Below, piece by piece: positions 7,217 through 16,853 of a stretch of 34,607 bases of DNA (position 1 is the stretch's first letter; every line of letters begins with the position of its first letter). The notes below the pieces were generated by a model. That model saw only the letters and a program-made list of their open reading frames with translations. It was not told the origin of the DNA and searched no databases. The position numbers and the translations under genes are program-made. The DNA is from Pseudomonadota bacterium (GTDB lineage: Bacteria; Desulfobacterota; GWC2-55-46; JADFVP01). The stretch is taken from positions 1 through 34,607 of the forward strand of contig JADFVP010000068.1 of NCBI GenBank assembly GCA_015222595.1. Direction: 5' to 3'.

Positions 7217-9151
7217 TCATTGACTGAAAAGTTTTAACAGCCCTTCACCTACATCCTTAATATCATCCGGGATCGGCAAGGATTTTGGTACGACACTACC
7301 CTCTTCGGCCTGCTCCTGTTCTACCGGCTTTTTAACCGCCTTGGGAGCTGCGCTCTTCTTCTTCGACGCCTCAATAGCCGTAAGGCACGGGTTCTCGTCT
7401 CCGCTACTCGTTCCAACAAGCGCTGCGGCCAGACCGGCGGGGCCAAAGAGCACATTGCCTCCCATTACCTTTCCTATGGTCAGCATTGTCTGGGCCGGAT
7501 CGACCGCGAGACCCGGATTGACGAACGTACCGCCGGGCTTAAATGGGCGGGCAAGCTCTCCGAGACTAAGGGTTAACTTTCCGAGGCCGCTCGTTCCGAG
7601 CCCCTCCTTCGGCATCGGCTTTAGCGAAACATCGAGCGTCTCTTTAGCAAAATTGATCTTGCCATTGCCGACAATGGTCATATGGCTGGTGTCAAAGAGC
7701 ATGGCTGAACTACTGGCAAGCCCGTCCTCTACATTAAAGCCGACGACCATACAGTTTACGACGGTATAACTCTCCTTGGCGGCCAACGGATTCAAGAGCC
7801 TCAAGAGGCCGGTGTTGAGATCCCCACCGACAAACTTCAAGAACTTGTTGTCGATACGCCCCTTTCCCATAACAACCCTCTTCTGTCCGTCGAGCGAGGC
7901 CATGAGCGCGGCAACAGACTCCCCCTTGGCCTTTAGCTTAATATCTGCGTCGATGGTGCCGTTTAAGACCTCGGTGACTTTAAGCTCGCGGCCGAGAGAG
8001 TCGAGTTCAATACCCTTGAGCTTTACTTCGGCATCAACCGCCAACGCTTTGCCTCTGGGGCGAACTTCGACCCTGGCCTCTAAGGTGCCGCCGCCGACTT
8101 TGGCCTTAACGGGCGACAGCTTTAAGCGCCCGGCTTTAAGGCTCATCTTAACGCTAAGGTCGTCGATGGCAAGTAGCGGCAGCAGCAGCTTTGCGGCCTT
8201 AAAGCGAAGGTCGAGGTCAACGCTCTTTAAGAACCCTGCCTCTATCGGCTCGCTCGAAAAGACCTTTTCTTTCCGGACGCTCTCTTTAACCTCTGTCTCC
8301 TTCTTAGCCGCTGGTGCTTGAGCGTCGGAGAAAAACTTTCTGAGGTCGAGTGACTCTGTGGTGAGTTCAGCAGTTAGTGCCGGTCTGGCAGCAGTGGTGT
8401 CGGCAACAACAGAGCCGGTAATCCTGTTACCGTCGAACAGAAGCTTGAGCCCGGAGAGTTTAACAGGGCCGAGAGTCGGGTCCGTCAACTTGGCCAGAGA
8501 GTCGAAGCTGCCCGTGGCCCCAAAGGACCTGGAGTCCAAAGAACCCTTAAGGTCGAACTTAAGAGCGCTCTCGAGCCCTGCGCCCTCGGCCTTCAGGCGA
8601 TCAAGTATAACAGAAGTGCTCTTTGTCGATAGACCGTCTCTATAGGTCAACCGCCCTGACTCTATTAAAACCTCCCCCACCACCAACTCCGGCAACTCAA
8701 GGCCTGTGTCGGATGACGGCTCTTTTGCGGCCACTGCCTCTGCTTCCGTTTTTTTAGGGGGGGTGAACTGAAGGTTGGACCTGCCCTTTCTGTCAGTCTC
8801 TACCAGGATATCGGGCTCGACGATAACAATCCGTTGTATTTCGATTCTTCTTCCAAGCAAGGGCAGTATAGCAACCTGAACCTCGAAACGCTTTACGCTC
8901 ACGGCTGCAGGCCGAGAGCCCCACTTGGCGTTCTCAAGAGTAACTTCGCGCACAACAAGAACAGGCGTAAAGCCAATCTTAAGCTCAATATCTCCGTCAA
9001 GTTTAAGCGCCCGACCTGTTGCTTCGTAAGCGGCCTGCTCGACCTGCGGCTTTAACTTATTAAAGTCGTAGCTGGAAAGCGTAATATAGACCGCCACAAT
9101 AGCTACGATGAGTATCGAGACGAAAATTATCGGTATCCACTTCCAACGCAT
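7217..9151 (-). CDS. AsmA family outer-membrane biogenesis protein
   Basis: N-terminal membrane anchor MRWKWIPIIFVSILIVAIVAVYITL. The N-terminus DGDIELKIGFTPVLVVREVTLENAKWGS and the C-terminal repeated-beta region (GTIDADIKLKAKG..., GNGKINFAKETLDVSLKP) are characteristic of AsmA/TamB-like proteins. The ORF-track start at 9223 adds 24 non-hydrophobic residues, so I prefer the ATG at 9151. Confidence 0.8.
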   Translation of the reverse strand: MRWKWIPIIFVSILIVAIVAVYITLSSYDFNKLKPQVEQAAYEATGRALKLDGDIELKIGFTPVLVVREVTLENAKWGSRPAAVSVKRFEVQVAILPLLGRRIEIQRIVIVEPDILVETDRKGRSNLQFTPPKKTEAEAVAAKEPSSDTGLELPELVVGEVLIESGRLTYRDGLSTKSTSVILDRLKAEGAGLESALKFDLKGSLDSRSFGATGSFDSLAKLTDPTLGPVKLSGLKLLFDGNRITGSVVADTTAARPALTAELTTESLDLRKFFSDAQAPAAKKETEVKESVRKEKVFSSEPIEAGFLKSVDLDLRFKAAKLLLPLLAIDDLSVKMSLKAGRLKLSPVKAKVGGGTLEARVEVRPRGKALAVDAEVKLKGIELDSLGRELKVTEVLNGTIDADIKLKAKGESVAALMASLDGQKRVVMGKGRIDNKFLKFVGGDLNTGLLRLLNPLAAKESYTVVNCMVVGFNVEDGLASSSAMLFDTSHMTIVGNGKINFAKETLDVSLKPMPKEGLGTSGLGKLTLSLGELARPFKPGGTFVNPGLAVDPAQTMLTIGKVMGGNVLFGPAGLAAALVGTSSGDENPCLTAIEASKKKSAAPKAVKKPVEQEQAEEGSVVPKSLPIPDDIKDVGEGLLKLFSQ

Positions 9152-9277
9152 TCGACGAACTCCGTTTTGCAGTAAGCTGGCAGAAAAGAACGGCAGGTTT
9201 TCTGGTACTCTACTAATATACAACCAAATAGGGTGTTGGACAATAGCGGGATGAAGAAAAGATCGAGCGAGCGCGAA

Positions 9278-10282
9278 CTAACGGCCCCGTTTCTGGTACT
9301 TGTTAACGGCGTTTATGTGCTCTCTTAGGGTGGTAGAGAAGTGGTGGGTTCCGTCATTACGCGAGACAAAGTAGATATAGTCGGCCTTCGCAGGCTCTAT
9401 TGCCGCCTCTAGCGAGGCGCGGCCCGGACTTGCTATCGGGGTTGGCGGAAGTCCGCCCACCCTGTAGGTGTTGTACGGAGCGCGAGTCTGAAGGTGCTTC
9501 TTGGTAAGGTTGCCGTCAAAGTCCTTAATGCCGTAGATGACCGTCGGGTCGCTCTGCAGGCGAATCTTTTTGGCCAGCCTGTTGTGGAATACGGCAGAGA
9601 TCAAGGGGCGCTCATGGCCGGCTCCAGTCTCCTTCTCTATTATAGAGGCGAGCGTTACCACCTCCAGAGTATTCATGCCCCTTGCCTTTGCCCTGGTGTC
9701 GAGCCCCGGATAGTAGACCGCCTTAAAGCGCTCTACCATGGCGGAGATTACCTCTTTACCGTCCATATCGCGGGTAAAGTTATAGGTATCGGGAAAGAGA
9801 AAGCCCTCTACCGTTATGCTCTCTATGCCGAGGCTTGCGGCCGTGGCAGAGTCTTTAGCCAGCTCAACGAAGCGCGTCGGCTCATCTATTATGCCCGCCT
9901 TCACAAGCGCCCCGGCGATCTCGGCGAGGTTGTACCCTTCGGGAATCGTCACAGGGTGGTTCATTACCTCCCCGCGCTCTAAAGCGTTTATGATCTCTCT
10001 TGCGCCCATAGAGGTCTTCAGCTCATACTCCCCGGCCTTCGCCTTGGTGGTCGCTCTCATCAGGCGCGCAACAAGCAGAAAGTCGTCCACGTCTCTAATA
10101 AGCCCTGCATCCTTGAGCTTTTTAGCGACATTTGCAAAATTAGTCCCGCGCGGTATCGTAACCGTCTTCACCTCTCCAACGCCAACGTCGACCGGGTAGG
10201 TGGAGATGATATGGAGATGGGTGACGACAAAAGCGAGGCCTAAGGCCGCTATGACGATCAGTATCTTGTAGATTCTTTTCAT
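9278..10282 (-). CDS. mltG: endolytic peptidoglycan transglycosylase MltG (YceG-like)
   Basis: 334 aa. N-terminal TM anchor, YceG motifs (LASIIEKETG, DPTVIYG, YNTYRVGGLPPTPIASPG), and the conserved ruvX-mltG neighbourhood. Confidence 0.93.
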   Translation of the reverse strand: MKRIYKILIVIAALGLAFVVTHLHIISTYPVDVGVGEVKTVTIPRGTNFANVAKKLKDAGLIRDVDDFLLVARLMRATTKAKAGEYELKTSMGAREIINALERGEVMNHPVTIPEGYNLAEIAGALVKAGIIDEPTRFVELAKDSATAASLGIESITVEGFLFPDTYNFTRDMDGKEVISAMVERFKAVYYPGLDTRAKARGMNTLEVVTLASIIEKETGAGHERPLISAVFHNRLAKKIRLQSDPTVIYGIKDFDGNLTKKHLQTRAPYNTYRVGGLPPTPIASPGRASLEAAIEPAKADYIYFVSRNDGTHHFSTTLREHINAVNKYQKRGR

Positions 10283-10344
10283 AACCTTTATTTCTTATCA
10301 GTTCGATTACGTTTTACTAAATAACGGATACAGAGGGCAACAGG

Positions 10345-10764
10345 TTACCCGTAAGAGCCGCGACTATCGAGATACCCTTGCAGAATATAGCAGGCCGCGA
10401 GCTTATCGACGACTTTTTTGCGCTTGGCGCGGCTCATATCGGCATCTTTTAAAACCCTGGTAACCGCTGCGGTAGAGAGCCTCTCGTCCCACAACTTTAC
10501 CGGGAGCCCTGTGTGAGAACCCAACTTACCGGCAAAAACCTCTACTGCCTCGCTCATGGGGCTCTTGGTGCCGTCGAGCCTTATCGGAAGCCCTAAGACA
10601 ATTTCGGTGATCTCAAACTCCGCAATAAGTGCAGAAAGCTCTTTAAGGTCCGAAGCGAGCCCCGTCCTCTTTATCGTCTTAACGGGTTGAGCGGTCATAC
10701 CCAAAGAATCGCTAACGGCGACGCCTATGGTACGAGTACCCATATCAAGACCAATTATCCTCAT
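10345..10764 (-). CDS. ruvX: Holliday junction resolvase-like nuclease RuvX (YqgF)
   Basis: 139 aa. MRIIGLDMGTRTIGVAVSD start and ...DERLSTAAV... are classic YqgF motifs. Confidence 0.93.
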   Translation of the reverse strand: MRIIGLDMGTRTIGVAVSDSLGMTAQPVKTIKRTGLASDLKELSALIAEFEITEIVLGLPIRLDGTKSPMSEAVEVFAGKLGSHTGLPVKLWDERLSTAAVTRVLKDADMSRAKRKKVVDKLAACYILQGYLDSRGSYG

Positions 10765-11026
10765 TCTCTCGGCGCCGCCTCGTTACAGACCTAAAATGCT
10801 CAATTCTAACCTCCACCGCGTACCGAACGCCTCTTTAAGGCCTTGGCGCAAGGGCCGACCAGCAGAGACAAAGATACCCTCTGAAGGCCATGAATTCAAG
10901 GTGTTTCTTGACACCTGTTAAAATCTCGAACAATAACCGAACGGCCCAAAATATAGTTTATGAAACTGTTCAGTTTCCGGTATATTTTAACCCAAATACA
11001 ATATTGATGATGTATAATATTATAAG

Positions 11027-11055
11027 TTGACATGTGGCATAAAAAGTTCTAATAT
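11027..11055 (+). promoter_or_regulatory. Strong sigma-70 consensus-like promoter (TTGACA-17 nt-TAATAT) about 340 nt upstream of the CI-type HTH gene
   Basis: The -35 is at 11027-11032, the spacer is 17 nt, and the -10 is at 11050-11055, all read directly. Confidence 0.55.
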
Positions 11056-11400
11056 TTGGCTGCAAGTCCATTAATGAACAATTTTTGGTGTACCCTAGAG
11101 AGTTCCTATAGAAATTCATGTTCACTTTGCCTTGTCGGTAGAACACCTTTTTTTAACTTTTAGTACAAAGGCCGACTAACTTACCGTAGCAACACGCTAA
11201 CACCCTGGATTTCACCATACTACTCTCTTCTTTTATAACGGCATCTATGTTCCACGCCGGGTATTTACTAACTAAAACTTCAGAGTTGTCAATAAAACAG
11301 GTCGATGACGCCCTGCCCCTCGGTTATTTAGAGCAATTAAATGCTTGGGTTCGGTCGTTGCTATAGAATAAACAGAGCATATTTATAAGGAGCACAAGAG

Positions 11401-11889
11401 ATGGGCGTAAATTATGCGGAAATCATTGAACGGATGAGATGGGCCGGTAAGCTTAAGAACGACTCGGCAGTTGCGAGAAAGCTCAGCGTAACCCCTCAAG
11501 CGCTTTCAAACTACAAAAAAAGAGGCGAGATGCCGACAGACCTCGTGCTGAGGTTCTCGAAGATTTACGGACTTTCGGTAGACTGGTTGATCTCCGGCGA
11601 AGGCGAGATATACCTTCCGGGCGCCCGGGATGCGGAGGGCGGAGCCCAGGACTACCTGCAGGCCGCTGAAGAGGGTGAGCCGTACGGCGCCAAGAGAGGC
11701 CAAAGGTCGCTCGACTTCACAAACCTCAGTCCTGACGAAATTATTTACGTGGGCAAACTGTTAAAGATCCTTCGCGGGTCGAACCCAAGCAACGCCGCAG
11801 CAATAAAATTTACGGTAGACGCCTTCTTAAAAGCGATAGAGACTCAAGGGGAGCCGAACACGGCCCAACCTTCCGCCGTGGAGAAGTAA
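11401..11889 (+). CDS. phage CI-repressor-type helix-turn-helix protein (no peptidase domain)
   Basis: 162 aa. KNDSAVARKLSVTPQALSNYKKRGEMPTDLVLRFSKIYGLSVDWLISGEG resembles the bacteriophage CI repressor N-terminal HTH domain. AAGGAG lies 9 nt upstream of the ATG. Confidence 0.7.
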   Translation: MGVNYAEIIERMRWAGKLKNDSAVARKLSVTPQALSNYKKRGEMPTDLVLRFSKIYGLSVDWLISGEGEIYLPGARDAEGGAQDYLQAAEEGEPYGAKRGQRSLDFTNLSPDEIIYVGKLLKILRGSNPSNAAAIKFTVDAFLKAIETQGEPNTAQPSAVEK

Positions 11890-11926
11890 AGGTACTGCCG
11901 AAAAAAGCATAAAAAAAAAGACCGCA

Positions 11927-11957
11927 GGGCCGAATTTTCAGACCGAAAGTTCGGCCC
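11927..11957 (+). terminator. Intrinsic terminator after the HTH gene
   Basis: GGGCCGAA-15 nt-TTCGGCCC followed by TTTCTATCTT. Confidence 0.6.
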
Positions 11958-12074
11958 TTTCTATCTTCCAGTCTCTGTGCCAATCCGAGAACCGAACGAA
12001 ATCTACCCTGTTGACCTTGGGCCTCTCGATATGATAAAAATTAAAAGATAAATATCTTTCATTCAGGGGTCTCT

Positions 12075-12674
12075 GTGCAGATAACATACGAAGTCGAAAA
12101 TAGGTGGTTAACGGCCGAGGAGCCGCGAGAGGGCTCAACGCTACTTAGCCTGCACGCATCCGAAGAGGAACTCCTCTTCTCCGGCATTTCCATGACCCGG
12201 CATTTGGAAGAGCTCTTAGGCTCTCCTGTTGAGGTAGAGGCCCGGGTCGGCAAAGCGGTTCGCCTCAACCCCGAACAGTCCGCCAAGCTTGAAGTCAACG
12301 TTAACGCCAAGGCGCAGGAGCGTGAAGTCTGGCTGAGCATAAAAGAGCGCAAGCTAGTCTACGCCCATACGCTCATTCCTGTTGTCTCGATAGACGACTC
12401 GCTGCTTCGGACGCTTAAAGAGCGCAAAGACGAGCCGATAGGCCGCGTGCTCACCTCTTTAAATATACCGTTCCTAAAAAAGGATCTTGAAGTCGCCATA
12501 CTCTCCTCTCCAGAAATTGCAGAAGAGCTTGGGCTTGGGGCCGACACGCGCCTTGTGGCCCGCCGCTACATCCTTTATAACGATACGTCCGACCCCGAAG
12601 TTGAGTCCCCGGCGATCAAAGCTGCGGTAACGGAAATATTCAACCCGGAAATCGTCTCTTGCAGGCCGTGCTAA
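12075..12674 (+). CDS. ubiC: chorismate pyruvate-lyase (UbiC family)
   Basis: 199 aa with a GTG start. Has the chorismate-lyase-like core (SMTRHLEELLG..., EREVWLSIKERKLVYAHTLIP) and sits immediately upstream of ubiA. The start codon is uncertain. Confidence 0.7.
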   Translation: MQITYEVENRWLTAEEPREGSTLLSLHASEEELLFSGISMTRHLEELLGSPVEVEARVGKAVRLNPEQSAKLEVNVNAKAQEREVWLSIKERKLVYAHTLIPVVSIDDSLLRTLKERKDEPIGRVLTSLNIPFLKKDLEVAILSSPEIAEELGLGADTRLVARRYILYNDTSDPEVESPAIKAAVTEIFNPEIVSCRPC

Positions 12675-12696
12675 CTTCTGTCTGCCGGGCGGCCTT

Positions 12697-13563
12697 ATGG
12701 GCAAGATGACGAAAAAAATCGGAGCAATCTCGGACCTTATACGGCTCGACAAACAGTACGGCACGCTGCTGGTCTTAAGCCCTGCGCTCTGGTCTCTCTT
12801 CATCGCCTCCGGCGGAACCCCCACGACAAAACATCTTTCGATCTTTGTGCTCGGCGCATTTCTCATGCGAAGCGCCGGGTGCGTTATAAACGATATTGCC
12901 GACAGGGGCTTCGACCCGCACGTGGAGCGCACTCGCTCTAGGCCGCTTGCCGACGGCAGGCTGCGGGTACGAGAAGCCGCAGTGGTTTTTTTACTGCTCT
13001 GCGCCCTCTCGTTCGCCCTTGTGGTGCAACTAAACACCTATACGGTCGCGCTCAGCGTTGGCGGGGTTCTTCTGGCCGCTCTCTACCCGTTCGTCAAACG
13101 CGTTTCGAACCTGCCGCAAGCCGTGCTCGGCGCGGCCTTTGGCTGGGGCGCGGTAATGGCGTGGAGCGCGGTGCACGAGAGTGTCGGCTTCGTTGCGGTG
13201 CTGCTCTTTGTTGCAAATATCTTCTGGGCCCTCGGTTACGACACCGTCTACGCGCTAATGGATATAGAGGACGATAAAAGAATAGGCGTAAAGTCCGCTG
13301 CCATCCTCTTTGGCGCGCGCGTCTACACTGCGGTCGCGCTCCTCTACCTCGCCTTCTTTGCGGTGCTCGCCGTTGTCGGGCTACTCTCGGCGCTAGGCGC
13401 GCTCTACTTTGCCGGGCTCGCGCTCGGATGCATACTTCTTCTTTGGAGCCTGAAAAGAGTGAAAGAGAGACCGACAAGAAAGAGAGCCTTCAACGGCTTT
13501 TTAACCAATGCTGCAGTCGGGATGCTTATTCTTGCTTGCATTATAATCGATATGAATCTATAA
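12697..13563 (+). CDS. ubiA: 4-hydroxybenzoate polyprenyltransferase
   Basis: 288 aa, polytopic. Has the UbiA prenyltransferase motifs NDIADRGFD and YDTVYALMDIEDD. Confidence 0.93.
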   Translation: MGKMTKKIGAISDLIRLDKQYGTLLVLSPALWSLFIASGGTPTTKHLSIFVLGAFLMRSAGCVINDIADRGFDPHVERTRSRPLADGRLRVREAAVVFLLLCALSFALVVQLNTYTVALSVGGVLLAALYPFVKRVSNLPQAVLGAAFGWGAVMAWSAVHESVGFVAVLLFVANIFWALGYDTVYALMDIEDDKRIGVKSAAILFGARVYTAVALLYLAFFAVLAVVGLLSALGALYFAGLALGCILLLWSLKRVKERPTRKRAFNGFLTNAAVGMLILACIIIDMNL

Positions 13564-13659
13564 GAGTATAGTGGCACGGGTGCGGGAAAGCGGCTCTGCG
13601 TTTCTGGTCAACACCTGACGAGTCAAAAAAGAACGGATTAAACGAAAGAAATAGAAAAA

Positions 13660-15117
13660 ATGGTCTTTAACGATCTGAGAGAATATATTGCGGCGCTCGA
13701 AAAAGAGGGGCTTCTAAAGCGGGTCAACGCAGAGGTGGACACCAACCTCGAAGTGGCCGAGATCATGGACCGGCTCGTGCAAAAGGGCGGCCCTGCCGTG
13801 CTCTTCGACAACGTCAAAGGCACCGACGTTTCTCTCGTCGGCAACCTCTTCGGCACGCGCGAACGCGTTGCCTTAGGTCTCGGAGTCACTGAAGAGGAGT
13901 TCTTGCAGATTGGCGAGTTCATCGCCATGCTCCAACGGCCCGAACCGCCGGAAGGGTTGTGGGACGCCGTTAAAAAGATCCCGTTCTTCGGCAAGATTCT
14001 TACCCTTAGCCCAAAGACCGTGCGCAACGCTCCGTGTCAGGAGGTAGTGCATACGGGCAACGAGGCCGATCTCTCTACCATACCGATAATAAAGTGTTGG
14101 CCAAAAGATGCTGCGCCTTTAATAACGTGGCCGCTGGTCGTAACTCAAGCGCCTGACGGCGGGCCCTTTAACGTCGGCGTCTACCGCATGCAGTACTTAG
14201 ACCAGCAGCGCGCCATCATGCGCTGGCTCGCTCACCGAGGTGGCGCGCAACATCAGAGGCTCTGGGAAGAGCGTGGCGAGCCGATGCCGGTTGCAATAGC
14301 GATTGGGTGCGAACCGGCCACCACAATAGCTGCCGTAACGCCGGTACCCGAAGACGTCGGCGAATACCACTTCGCGGGTATCTTGAGAAAAAAAGCGATA
14401 GAGCTTGTAGAGTGCAAAACTGTTCCGCTAAAGGTTCCGGCAACTGCCGAGTATGTGCTCGAAGGCGAGATACGCCACGGCGATCTCGCCCCGGAAGGGC
14501 CCTTTGGCGACCACACCGGGTACTACAACTCTGTGGAGAGTTTTCCGGTCTTTCACTTAAAGGCAATTACGCACAGAAAGAACCCGATCTACCAGACGAC
14601 CCTTACGGGCCGCCCGCCTAAGGAAGACGCGGTCATCGGCACGGTCTTGAACAACATCTACTTACCGAGCCTGAAGCTCCAGTTCCCTGAGGTCGTCGAT
14701 TTTGCGCTTCCGATGGAGGCGGTCAGTTACCGCATAGCGGTAGTAAGCATAAAGAAGGAGTATCCGGGCCACGCAAGAAGAATCATGATGGGCATCTGGA
14801 GCGTTTTAAAGCAGTTCATGTACGTAAAGTATATTATAGTCGTGGACGGAGATATAGACGTGCATAACTGGACCGACGTTATCTGGGCCATCTCCACGCG
14901 GGTTGACCCTGCGCGCGATACCGTTATAATAGAGAAGACCCCGATAGATTATCTCGACTTCTCCTCGCCTGTTGCAGAACTCGGCAGCAAGCTCGGCATT
15001 GACGCCACCATAAAGAGTGCGCCGGAAGTTACGCGCGAGTGGGGCGAGAAGATGGAGATGGACCCCGACATAGTAGAACTCGTTACGAAGAAATGGAAAG
15101 AGTACGGTATCGAATAG
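13660..15117 (+). CDS. ubiD: UbiD-family 4-hydroxy-3-polyprenylbenzoate decarboxylase
   Basis: 485 aa. N-terminus FNDLREYIAALEKEGLLKRV...GGPAVLFDNVKG is collinear with E. coli UbiD as I remember it. Operon context with ubiA and ubiG. Confidence 0.9.
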   Translation: MVFNDLREYIAALEKEGLLKRVNAEVDTNLEVAEIMDRLVQKGGPAVLFDNVKGTDVSLVGNLFGTRERVALGLGVTEEEFLQIGEFIAMLQRPEPPEGLWDAVKKIPFFGKILTLSPKTVRNAPCQEVVHTGNEADLSTIPIIKCWPKDAAPLITWPLVVTQAPDGGPFNVGVYRMQYLDQQRAIMRWLAHRGGAQHQRLWEERGEPMPVAIAIGCEPATTIAAVTPVPEDVGEYHFAGILRKKAIELVECKTVPLKVPATAEYVLEGEIRHGDLAPEGPFGDHTGYYNSVESFPVFHLKAITHRKNPIYQTTLTGRPPKEDAVIGTVLNNIYLPSLKLQFPEVVDFALPMEAVSYRIAVVSIKKEYPGHARRIMMGIWSVLKQFMYVKYIIVVDGDIDVHNWTDVIWAISTRVDPARDTVIIEKTPIDYLDFSSPVAELGSKLGIDATIKSAPEVTREWGEKMEMDPDIVELVTKKWKEYGIE

Positions 15118-15189
15118 AAGGGCTGCCCTGTAACGGAACAGGGTTAAGAAATGAGCGCAACTTCGGAAACTATAGTGCCATAGACTACA

Positions 15190-15933
15190 ATGACAGAAAC
15201 TACTATGCCAGAGACAACTAAAACATCAACCGGTACTACGGAGACGAAAAAATTCGACTCCTTTGCCCTTGACGACTGGTGGGGCGAAAAGGGCAAGCTG
15301 GTCTCGCTCCAGAGAATAAACCCAATCCGGTTCGGGTACTTCGCCGACGCCGCGCGCAGGCTCGGCCACAAAATAGAGGGCGCAACCGTGCTCGACGCAG
15401 GCTGCGGGGGAGGAGTGCTCTCGGAGAGCTTCGCAGCGGCTGGAGCTAAAGTAACGGGAATAGATTTAAGCCCTGTGGGCATAGAGGTTGCTACGCGGCA
15501 CGCGAAAGTGTCGGAGCTTGAGATAGAGTACTCGGTCACCTCTGTAGAGGAGCACCTCAAGAAGAATGCAGAAAAGTACGATATCGTAGTATGCGCCGAG
15601 GTCTTGGAGCACGTTGACGATGTAGAGGCCTTTTTAGACGCAACGCTCAAGATGCTAAAGCCCGGCGGGCTCTTCTTCTTCGGTACTCTGAACAAGACTT
15701 TAAAGAGCAAGCTCTTTGCGATCTTCGTTGCCGAAGACGTGCTCCGCATGCTGCCGCGCGGCACGCACGACTACTCGCGTTTCGTCCGCCCATCGGTATT
15801 AGTAAAAATCCTGAAGAAAAACAACGTACTTGCCGAAGATATAAAGGGTATGAGCTACAGCGCACTTTCATTGGACTTTAAACTCTCCGGGGATACGTCT
15901 GTAAACTACCTCGGAGTAGGCGTAAAAGAGTAG
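15190..15933 (+). CDS. ubiG: bifunctional 3-demethylubiquinol 3-O-methyltransferase / 2-polyprenyl-6-hydroxyphenol methylase
   Basis: 247 aa. WWGEKGKLVSLQRINPIRFGY, the SAM motif VLDAGCGGGVLSE, AEVLEHV and RMLPRGTHDYSRFVRP closely parallel E. coli UbiG. It has a Thr-rich N-terminal extension. Confidence 0.92.
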   Translation: MTETTMPETTKTSTGTTETKKFDSFALDDWWGEKGKLVSLQRINPIRFGYFADAARRLGHKIEGATVLDAGCGGGVLSESFAAAGAKVTGIDLSPVGIEVATRHAKVSELEIEYSVTSVEEHLKKNAEKYDIVVCAEVLEHVDDVEAFLDATLKMLKPGGLFFFGTLNKTLKSKLFAIFVAEDVLRMLPRGTHDYSRFVRPSVLVKILKKNNVLAEDIKGMSYSALSLDFKLSGDTSVNYLGVGVKE

Positions 15934-15947
15934 ACGGAGAACGAATA

Positions 15948-16787
15948 GTGACCCACAAGATCTATCAGGTAGATACCTTTACTAACGTTGCCTTCGAGGG
16001 AAACCCCGCAGCCGTTATCCTGCTCGACGGCCCGGCCGACCCGAGGTGGCTGCAGAGTATCGCAGCGGAGATAAATCTCAGCGAGACGGCCTTTGTCTTT
16101 GAAAGAGAAGAGGGCGGGTACGGGCTAAGGTGGTTCACCCCTACGGTCGAAGTTGATCTGTGCGGACACGCCACAATTGCCGCCGCCCACGTGCTCTTTG
16201 AAGAGGGCGTAGTTCCTGAAGACGAATATATCCGCTTCTATACCAAGAGCGGCCTGCTGCTTACGCGCAAACAGGGCGACTGGATAGAGATGAACTTTCC
16301 GGTCGATATAATACGCGAGGTAGAGGTTCCGCCAACTCTCGCCACAGCGCTCGACTTTGTGCCCAAGTTCATGGCACAGGGCAAGTTCGATTACCTTGTC
16401 GAGTGCCCGAACGAGGCATTCGTACGGGAGCTTAAGCCGGACTTCGAACTTCTGGCAACTTTGCCTGTGCGCGGTATAATCGTAACCGCGCTCTCTACAA
16501 TGGAAGGGGTGGACTTTGTCTCACGCTTCTTCGCCCCCGGAGCCGGTATAAACGAAGACTCGGTTACGGGCTCGGCGCACTGTACGCTCGGCGCATTCTA
16601 CAGAGAGATACTCGGCTCTACGGAGATGACGGCCTTTCAGGCCTCTAAGCGGGGCGGTACGGTTAAAATAAAGATGCATGAAGAGAGGATACTTCTGAGC
16701 GGACAGGCCGTGATGTTCTCGAAAGGGGTTATCAGCGCTGCGGTGCTCGAAACCCCGGACAGTGCAGAGACGTCGAACTCCGAGTAG
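15948..16787 (+). CDS. PhzF-family isomerase-like protein (YddE-like)
   Basis: 279 aa with a GTG start and GGAGAA upstream. IYQVDTFTNVAFEGNPAAV, SETAF and DLCGHATIAAAHV are PhzF family hallmarks. Confidence 0.88.
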   Translation: MTHKIYQVDTFTNVAFEGNPAAVILLDGPADPRWLQSIAAEINLSETAFVFEREEGGYGLRWFTPTVEVDLCGHATIAAAHVLFEEGVVPEDEYIRFYTKSGLLLTRKQGDWIEMNFPVDIIREVEVPPTLATALDFVPKFMAQGKFDYLVECPNEAFVRELKPDFELLATLPVRGIIVTALSTMEGVDFVSRFFAPGAGINEDSVTGSAHCTLGAFYREILGSTEMTAFQASKRGGTVKIKMHEERILLSGQAVMFSKGVISAAVLETPDSAETSNSE

Positions 16788-16853
16788 AGGGCTTTAAAAG
16801 AGTACGCACCCGGACTTTTTCACTCCTGAATAAATACCAAACTATACACCAAG

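Noticed and set aside
10970-11119. 49-aa minus-strand ORF with a hydrophobic stretch (CQLIILYIINIVFGL) overlapping the plus-strand promoter; considered as a type I toxin-like peptide
   Set aside because: No convincing ribosome-binding site or promoter, no recognisable family, and a single hydrophobic stretch is easily produced by AT-rich DNA (Ile/Leu/Phe codons). It would need expression or conservation data.
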